From Gemmatimonadales bacterium (GTDB taxonomy: Bacteria; Gemmatimonadota; Gemmatimonadetes; Gemmatimonadales; GWC2-71-9), in assembly GCA_039794085.1 (NCBI GenBank), contig JBDIWC010000001.1, positions 1 through 64,000 on the forward strand: DNA of 64,000 nucleotides. The letters run 5' to 3'. The notes beneath the pieces were generated by a model, which saw only the letters and a program-made list of their open reading frames with translations, had not been told where the DNA came from and did not search any database. Below, piece after piece: positions 57,637 to 64,000 of this stretch. The position numbers were made by a program, and so were the translations under genes. How positions within the stretch are numbered: position 1 is the first letter of the stretch; each line of letters begins with the position of its first letter.

Positions 57637-58529
57637 GGCCTCCGACTCAGGGAATCGTTCGGGTTGAGGCGGCTGTTCCTCTCGAATTCCCGCTGTCGTT
57701 CCCGTTCCAGACGGAGGAGCCGGACCTGCTCCTTGAACTCGGCGAGGGTCACGGCCCGACGGGCTGCGTAGGCCAGGTCAGCCCGCATCGCGTTGAATCG
57801 GCGGGCGTTCACCAGGTCGAACTGCCCTGCCGGGATGTCCAGCAGCGCCAGGAGGAAGGTCGGGATCTTGATCGGCCCCAGATAGAGGAACTGCTGGTCG
57901 AGGCCGACCTTGCCCACCCCGAGCTCCGTGGTCCAGGCCGGAAGGGCCGTGGCACGGGCATTCGCGAGGACCGAATCGAGGTAGGCCTGCACGAGGGCCG
58001 TCACGGCGCTGTCGACCAGCTCCGCGTGGGACCCCGAGAGCCGCTGGGCCAGGTCCCGCGGCGCCACCGGCAGGGGGTCGATCCACAACGGTCCCTCCCC
58101 GCGGGCCGGGCGGAGTCCCCCCGTCACCGCGCGGGGCCCCGGTGTTGCGATCACCGAATCCGGAGCCACCGGAGCCCGGCCCGTGGCCTGAGCGCGCTCC
58201 GTGATGGACACCCGCGGAGCGCGGAGCGCGGGCAACGGAAGGCGATCCGAGCGCCCCACCCCCGCTCGCGGCGGTGAGGGCTGGACGGCCCCTTCCGTCC
58301 CGCGCGACGGGGAGGAACCGATCGGTGGCAGGGTCACCTCGCGTCTCTCCCTCGGCAGGGGCAGGAGCAGGACGTTCCGGAGTTCTCGATTCCGAGCGGG
58401 AGGAGGCAGGTGTCCCTCGATGCGCACCAGCAGCAGGAGCCCGTGCAGACCGACACTGAGCAGGAGGGCCCATCGAGGCCACCGGGATGCGCGGAGACCA
58501 CCCCGTCCCCCGTCAGACCAGCGTCCCAT
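57633..58529 (-). CDS. membrane-anchored hypothetical protein
   Basis: TonB-like anchor S...H (LLSVGLHGLLLL), Pro-rich linker. Fits between its neighbours in an operon. Confidence 0.72.
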   Translation of the reverse strand: MGRWSDGGRGGLRASRWPRWALLLSVGLHGLLLLVRIEGHLPPPARNRELRNVLLLPLPRERREVTLPPIGSSPSRGTEGAVQPSPPRAGVGRSDRLPLPALRAPRVSITERAQATGRAPVAPDSVIATPGPRAVTGGLRPARGEGPLWIDPLPVAPRDLAQRLSGSHAELVDSAVTALVQAYLDSVLANARATALPAWTTELGVGKVGLDQQFLYLGPIKIPTFLLALLDIPAGQFDLVNARRFNAMRADLAYAARRAVTLAEFKEQVRLLRLERERQREFERNSRLNPNDSLSRRP

Positions 58530-59706
58530 GGGCAACTCCCGCCATCGAGCGCGCGACCCGCCCCAACCGACCGGCCGCGTCGGCGAGACGCGGGCCATCC
58601 ACGGTCAGAGCTATCCGAAAATAGCCCTCGCCACCCGGCCCGAATGCCGCCCCCGGGAGGACCACCACCCCCTGCTCCAGAAGGGCCCGGCGCGCAAAAG
58701 GTTCCGATGCCACTCCGGCGGGCAGCGGGACCCAGAGGTACATCGCCGCCCGCGGGGTGTCGAGAACGAACCCGTCCGACCGGAGCGCGGCCAGAGCGGC
58801 ATCCCGCCGACGCCGCAGGATTTCCCGCACCGGGGCCACCAGTTCCTCCGACCGATCGAGCGCCACGGCGGCGGCGGCCTGCAGGGCGGGAAATGGCCCG
58901 GTGTCGACGTAGGTCTTGACCGCGGTCAATGCGGCCACCAGTTCCCGGTTTCCCGTGGCCCAGCCGAGACGCCATCCGGTCATCGAGTAGGACTTGGAGA
59001 GGGAGAAGAACTCGATCGCCACATCGCGGGCCCCGGGGATCTCCAGGATCGAGGGAGCCACATATCCGTCGAAGGTCAGCTCGCAATAGGCGTTGTCGTA
59101 CGCCAGGACGATGCCGTGGTCCCGGCAGAGGGCGACGGTCCGCTCCAGGTAGTCCCGCGGAGCCACGGCCGCCGTGGGATTGTTCGGATAGTTCAGGAAG
59201 ACCAGGCGGGTTCGGGCCAGCACATCCGGGGGAAGGCGGTCAAGGTGAACCAGATAGTCGTCCTCCCGCCGAAGCGGCACCCGGAACGGTTCCCCGCCGG
59301 CCAGGAGCGTTCCCCCCAGATAGGCCTGGTACCCCGGTTCGGGAATGATTGCCACGTCGCCCGGGTTCAGAACGGCGAGGGGGAGATGCGCGATCCCCTC
59401 CTTGCTGCCGAGAAGGAGGGCCACCTCGGAGACGGGATCCACCGTCACCTGGAAGCGCCGTGCCATGAAGCGGCCGATCGCCTCCCGAAATTCGCGGAGA
59501 CCGAGCTGGAATCCGTACTTGCTCCGGGCGGGGTCGAGCACCGCCTCCCGCAAGGCCTCCACTACCGGCGGCGGAGGAGGCGTGTCGTTGTCTCCCGCTC
59601 CGAGATCGATCAGATCCACTCCGTCGGCCCGGAGCCGGCGCGTGAGGGCCGGGACGTCCGCCAGGGGATACCCGGGAAGCTGCCTGAGGCGATCGCTGGG
59701 TGTCAT
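58513..59706 (-). CDS. class I/II PLP aminotransferase (LL-diaminopimelate aminotransferase-like)
   Basis: GSKEG, NYPNNPT, DNAY, SLSKSYSMTGWRLG, GEGYFRIAL. Confidence 0.92.
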   Translation of the reverse strand: MTPSDRLRQLPGYPLADVPALTRRLRADGVDLIDLGAGDNDTPPPPPVVEALREAVLDPARSKYGFQLGLREFREAIGRFMARRFQVTVDPVSEVALLLGSKEGIAHLPLAVLNPGDVAIIPEPGYQAYLGGTLLAGGEPFRVPLRREDDYLVHLDRLPPDVLARTRLVFLNYPNNPTAAVAPRDYLERTVALCRDHGIVLAYDNAYCELTFDGYVAPSILEIPGARDVAIEFFSLSKSYSMTGWRLGWATGNRELVAALTAVKTYVDTGPFPALQAAAAVALDRSEELVAPVREILRRRRDAALAALRSDGFVLDTPRAAMYLWVPLPAGVASEPFARRALLEQGVVVLPGAAFGPGGEGYFRIALTVDGPRLADAAGRLGRVARSMAGVAHGTLV

Positions 59707-60332
59707 GCTTCCACTCCGATCACGGGGTTCCGGAGGACGCCCACACCGGGAATCTCCACCTCCACCACATCACCCACCGCGAGTGGTGCGGTGCCGGCGG
59801 GCGTTCCCGTCAGAAGCAGGTCCCCTGGTTCGAGGGTCATGATCGCGCTCACCCAGGAGAGAAGGAAAGGGATGGAAAACACCATATCGGTCGCGGGGGC
59901 CCGTTGCCGCTCCTCGCCGTTCACCCGGCAGATCACGATCAGGTCCCGCCAGGAGAGTCCTGTTGCCACCGCCGGTCCGACCGGACAAAAGGTGTCGAAC
60001 CCCTTGGCACGGCCCCACTGCGATTCCGCTCTCTGGAGGTCCCGCGCGGTCACGTCATTGGCACAGAGGAATCCGCCGATCCCCGCCTCGGCTTCCGGCT
60101 CGGTGGCACGCCGGAGGGTCCGCCCGATGGCCACAGCGATCTCCGCCTCATACTCCACCCGGCTCGAGGCCGCCGGGAGCATAATCGGATCACCGGGGCC
60201 GATGAGGGCGCTCGGAGGCTTGAGGAACAGCATCGGTGTCGAGGGCACTTCGTTTCCGAGTTCCCGCGCATGTTCCCGGTAGTTCCGTCCGACACAGACG
60301 ATTTTCGACGGCCTCTGGTACAGCGGTCCCAT
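59703..60332 (-). CDS. fumarylacetoacetate hydrolase family protein
   Basis: KIVCVGRNY..H, FLKP, EAE, NDVTARDLQ, KGFDTF.P, TGTP.G. Confidence 0.95.
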   Translation of the reverse strand: MGPLYQRPSKIVCVGRNYREHARELGNEVPSTPMLFLKPPSALIGPGDPIMLPAASSRVEYEAEIAVAIGRTLRRATEPEAEAGIGGFLCANDVTARDLQRAESQWGRAKGFDTFCPVGPAVATGLSWRDLIVICRVNGEERQRAPATDMVFSIPFLLSWVSAIMTLEPGDLLLTGTPAGTAPLAVGDVVEVEIPGVGVLRNPVIGVEA

Positions 60333-60397
60333 GGGACTCCTCGTCGGGGGTGCGCAGGAGGTACAGGTGAGGAATAATAGCGGGACCGGACGGCGGA

Positions 60398-62902
60398 TCA
60401 GCGAAGAGCGCCCACTCCATGCCGCGCAAAGAAGTCCTCGCAGGCGGTTCGAATCGTCGGCCAGGTGCCGGACAACCGGGTGGCCCGGGGAAGGCCGTCG
60501 AGGAGGAGGGGGCCGTAGCGGCGATTGAGAACCCGGGAGTCAAGGAGCAGCACCACGCCGACGTCCCGGGTGCTGCGGATCAGCCGTCCGAATCCCTGCT
60601 TCAGCTTGAGCGCGGCATGCGGCAGCAGGTAGCCGAAGAATCCATCCTCCCCCTGCTCGGCCAGGCGCTCCAGGCGGGCCGCGGTCATCGGCTCGCTCGG
60701 CACCTTGAAGGGAAGTTTGGTGAGCACCAGCCCCCGGAGGGCGCGACCCGGGACGTCGACGCCTTCCCAGAACGAATCGGTGCCCAGGAGCACGGCATGC
60801 CCGCTCTCCCGGAATCGGCGAAGGAGCTGGTCCCGCTGGCCCTCGCCCTGAACCAGGAGGGGCCAGACCATGCCCGTTGCCCCGCGCAAGGCGCGCGCCG
60901 CGCGGCGGAGCGCCGCATGGCTGGTGAAGAGCACAAACAGCCCGCCGTCGCTCGCGGCGGCCAGGTCCCGGACCACCTGAACGATCGCCGCGTCGTGCCC
61001 CGCCTCATCCTCTCGCGGATCGGGGATGTCCGAGGGAATCCCGAACAGGCACTGGTTGGGATAGTCGAAGGGGGAGGGGAGGATCTCCCGGACGGTCACC
61101 GGGCTCGGCGTGGTGTGCAACCCGATCCGCGACTCCAGAAAGGTGAAATCGCCGCCGGCCGCGAGGGTGGCGCTGGTCAGGGTCACGGTCCGCACCCGGT
61201 CGAAGAGGAGCTCGCGCAGGACCGGAGCCAGATCGAGCGGGACCGCATGCAATCCGACCGCCTGCCCCCGGGCGCCGGCCCGTTCGATCCAGCGGACGGT
61301 CGGTTCCTCGTTCGCGGCGGGGCGCAGCGTTTTCGTGATCGCATCGGCGGAGGCCTCCAGGCGCCGGACCACGGCGCGCACCTCGGCCAGGAGGCTGGCG
61401 CGGCGATCGGTCGACTCGGCGTGGGACAGGCGATCGGTGATCACCTCCGCGGCGGCCCGCATCCGGCTGAGTGACCCCGTGAGGGTCTGAATGTCATCCC
61501 CCAGTCCCTCACTCCAGATCGGCTCGCGTTCGAAGTCGGCATCCACCCGGCGGGGGCCCCCGCCACTCTCGAGCAGATCGTGCAGCCGGCGGAAGATCGC
61601 CTCGCCGGTGCTGCGGACGAGTCCCAGGGCCGGCATCATGTCCTCGTGAATGACGTCGAGGCCGCTTCGGCCGGCGGTGTCCTTGCCGAGCATCACCTCC
61701 TGGGCCAGGGCGGGCAGGAGCCCGCGCCCGTTGCGGTCGAACCGGGCCAACAGGCGCTGCAGCCCCGCGCTCGTGACCCGGGCCCCGAGATGGGAGGCCG
61801 CCACGTCCTCGAGATGATGGGCCTCATCGAGAATCAACCGTTGGTAGGGGGGGAGTACCGCGGCCTCCTCCCAGTTGTCCTGGGCGGCGCGCACCGCGAG
61901 ATCCGCCGCGAGCAGGTGGTGGTTCACCACCACCACGTCGGCATCGGCGGCGCGGCGGCGGGCGCGGAACAGGAAACAGCGATCGAAGTGGGTGCAGGTC
62001 ATGCGCGGGCAGAGATCCGACTCCGCGCTCACCTCGTCCCACACCTCGCCCGAGGGGGGGGTGGGCAGATCGCCCAGGGTCCCGTCGTTGCTGCGGGCGG
62101 CCCAGGCGGCCAGGGCCAGCACCTCCTCCACCTTCTCCGGTTCGAGGAGCGAGCGCTGCACCGTCACGGCCTGGTCGAGGCGGGCCAGACAGAGATAGTT
62201 CCTCCACCCCTTGAGCAGCGCGAAGGTCGGGGTGTGATCGGCGTCACCCAGCGCATCCCGGAGGAGCGGCAGGTCCTTCCCCACCAGCTGTTCCTGCAGG
62301 TTGATCGTGTTGGTGCTGACGACGGTGCGCTCCCGGTTGGCCCGGGCCCAGGCGAGGGCCGGCACCAGGTAGGCGAAGGACTTGCCCACCCCCGTGCCCG
62401 CCTCCAGCAGGACGATCCCCCCGTCGTTGTACGCGTCGGTGATGTGGGCGGCCATGTCGCGCTGGCTCTGGCGGTCCTCGTGGAAACCGAGTCTCCGGGC
62501 CACCGGCCCTTCGGCGCCAAGGCGGGCGATGATGTCGAAGGGATCGAGCCGGGTCTCGGGAATCTGGCGCGGCACCTCTACCACGACGTACAGCTGGTCC
62601 ACCGCGTTGTTCACGATGGCGAAGCCCACTCCGCCGTCGTGAAGCCGACTCGCCACGGCCAGGTCCGCGGGAGAGGGATCGAGGCGGCCACCCGGATGAT
62701 TGTGCACCAGGATCTCCCCGCGCCGGGCGATGCCGGGAAGGGCCAGGACCGAGGCGGCCGTCCCCCGGGCCACCACCCGGCCCTCGGTGAGCCGACCGTC
62801 CGGTCCGACCGAGGCCACGAAGCACACCTCCCGACCGCCGGCCCGCGCGATCTCCCCCGCCATGGTCCGGCGCAGATCCGGAGCGATCCTCTCGATCGAC
62901 AC
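60398..62902 (-). CDS. DinG-family helicase with an N-terminal JAB (RadC-like) domain
   Basis: GREV...HNHPGG...PSPAD. EAGTGVGKS, NYLC and further Cys (Fe-S), DEAH, TSAT, FWEGVD, QGFGRLIR. Confidence 0.92.
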   Translation of the reverse strand: MSIERIAPDLRRTMAGEIARAGGREVCFVASVGPDGRLTEGRVVARGTAASVLALPGIARRGEILVHNHPGGRLDPSPADLAVASRLHDGGVGFAIVNNAVDQLYVVVEVPRQIPETRLDPFDIIARLGAEGPVARRLGFHEDRQSQRDMAAHITDAYNDGGIVLLEAGTGVGKSFAYLVPALAWARANRERTVVSTNTINLQEQLVGKDLPLLRDALGDADHTPTFALLKGWRNYLCLARLDQAVTVQRSLLEPEKVEEVLALAAWAARSNDGTLGDLPTPPSGEVWDEVSAESDLCPRMTCTHFDRCFLFRARRRAADADVVVVNHHLLAADLAVRAAQDNWEEAAVLPPYQRLILDEAHHLEDVAASHLGARVTSAGLQRLLARFDRNGRGLLPALAQEVMLGKDTAGRSGLDVIHEDMMPALGLVRSTGEAIFRRLHDLLESGGGPRRVDADFEREPIWSEGLGDDIQTLTGSLSRMRAAAEVITDRLSHAESTDRRASLLAEVRAVVRRLEASADAITKTLRPAANEEPTVRWIERAGARGQAVGLHAVPLDLAPVLRELLFDRVRTVTLTSATLAAGGDFTFLESRIGLHTTPSPVTVREILPSPFDYPNQCLFGIPSDIPDPREDEAGHDAAIVQVVRDLAAASDGGLFVLFTSHAALRRAARALRGATGMVWPLLVQGEGQRDQLLRRFRESGHAVLLGTDSFWEGVDVPGRALRGLVLTKLPFKVPSEPMTAARLERLAEQGEDGFFGYLLPHAALKLKQGFGRLIRSTRDVGVVLLLDSRVLNRRYGPLLLDGLPRATRLSGTWPTIRTACEDFFARHGVGALR

Positions 62903-62905
62903 GGG

Positions 62906-64000
62906 TCAGGTCTTCAATTCCCGCTTCTTGGCGGCCGGGAAGAGGACGTTGTTGAGGATCAGGCGGTATCCGGGCGAGTGGGGGTGCATGCTCAGGTCCG
63001 TCGGGGCGTCGCCGATCTGATGCTGGGGGTCTTCGGGATCGTGCCCGCCGAGGAAGGTCCAGGTGCCCTCCCCTCGGGTGCCGTGGATGTACTTGGCCCA
63101 GTCGGTACCCGGCTCCTCGCCCAGCACGATGACACCGGGTTTCAGCGTGCGCCGGGTGAAAGAGGTGGTCAGGCCGTAAAAATCGGGGATAACGTCCCGA
63201 TGATTCTGCACCAGCATGGCCGCCACGGGATCGATCTTGGCCGAGAAATCGAAGAGGCGGAAGCTGCCGAGGGGCTGCCGGCCGGAGGCGGCATTGACCT
63301 GATGGCCGTCGATGTCCGAAAAAACCGCCGTGGAGGGACTCAGCTCGAGCCGGGCCCCCTGGAACGCCAGGCCACGATCCCACCGCATCCGGGCGGATGC
63401 GGCCGGATCCATCGGCGTGTTGTCGGCGAAGCTGGCGGCGATGTCGGTGTTCTCGCTCGCCAGCGCCAGATCGAGAGTCTCGGTGGCGGTGCACATGGCG
63501 AAGAGAAATCCGCCGCGTTCCACATGGGATCGAATCCCCTGGGCCACGGCCCGCTTCGCCGCCGGCACATGAGGAAAGCCGAGTTCGGCGGCGGTCCGCC
63601 GGTTCCGGTCCACCATCTCCACCAGCCAGGGAGCCCCCGCGTAGTTGATGAAGAATTTCGAGTACTGCCCGGTGAAGTCCTCATGGTGGAGGTGAAGCCA
63701 GTCGAAGTCGCTCAACCCTCCGCGGACGACCTCGGGATCCCACACCTTGGCGAACTCGATCCCGGCGTATTGCAGGGCCATGGTGACGGCATCGTCCCAG
63801 GGGGCCGCATTGGGCGGGGCATAGACCGCCACGCGTGGAGGCTGCTCGAGAGGAATCGCGTCCATGTTGGATTGCTGGATCTCGGCCCGGATCTGGAGGA
63901 GCCGTCCCTCGTCCACCGGCTCGGACGACACCCCGGACAGCACGGCATCCCGTCCGGTCAGGGTGTCGGCGGGCAGAAGGAAGGAGCCGCCTCGATAATT
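62906..64000 (-). CDS. conserved hypothetical protein of an FCB-type family often labelled 'asparagine synthetase B'; 5' end outside the window
   Basis: Frame is open to the edge (NYRGGSF...). WDDAVT, DWLHLHHEDFTGQY.KF, GGFLFAMC, GGHDPED, GYRLILNNVLFP. Confidence 0.8.
   Translation of the reverse strand, partial: NYRGGSFLLPADTLTGRDAVLSGVSSEPVDEGRLLQIRAEIQQSNMDAIPLEQPPRVAVYAPPNAAPWDDAVTMALQYAGIEFAKVWDPEVVRGGLSDFDWLHLHHEDFTGQYSKFFINYAGAPWLVEMVDRNRRTAAELGFPHVPAAKRAVAQGIRSHVERGGFLFAMCTATETLDLALASENTDIAASFADNTPMDPAASARMRWDRGLAFQGARLELSPSTAVFSDIDGHQVNAASGRQPLGSFRLFDFSAKIDPVAAMLVQNHRDVIPDFYGLTTSFTRRTLKPGVIVLGEEPGTDWAKYIHGTRGEGTWTFLGGHDPEDPQHQIGDAPTDLSMHPHSPGYRLILNNVLFPAAKKRELKT

Noticed and set aside
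62906..64000. Calling the last gene a true asparagine synthetase (asnB)
   Set aside because: No AsnB synthetase motifs (e.g. SGGLDS) in the visible part. The label appears to be a propagated annotation, so no symbol was given.

Overview
GC-rich bacterial chromosome segment. Gene content and order (eno-ftsB, glyA-rpiB, valS-selA-gmhB, purN-purH, panC-panB, gltX, JAB-DinG) fit a Gemmatimonadota/FCB-related organism, but this is inferred, not proven. Most of 20-51 kb and 55.7-64 kb is housekeeping. The main candidate for an undescribed system is a nine-gene operon at 3018-10838 in which every gene overlaps the next. It joins a membrane redox module (ferric-reductase/MsrQ-like domain fused to a Rieske domain, a Cys/His-motif protein and two small membrane proteins) to an OlsB-like N-acyltransferase, a PlsC/OlsA-like O-acyltransferase, a DinB protein, an NRDE Ntn-hydrolase and an alpha/beta-hydrolase-DedA-ATP-grasp triple fusion. 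The working hypothesis is aminolipid or lipopeptide synthesis, modification and flipping. A second theme is an unusual intergenic repeat grammar: 7-bp arrays of several sequence classes starting at stop codons, 8-10-bp-period hairpin arms, a 53-bp tandem repeat and a 320-380 bp dispersed element, one copy of which truncates a higB gene. Other signals: a lipoprotein with 13 D-(S/T)-(A/I/L/M/T/V) sequons near a DUF2723 gene, a decaying toxin-antitoxin patch next to two tRNA-Ser genes, a tRNA-Met and several small ORFs. No database searches were run. Family calls come from motifs recognised by eye, and start codons were chosen by RBS and overlap.
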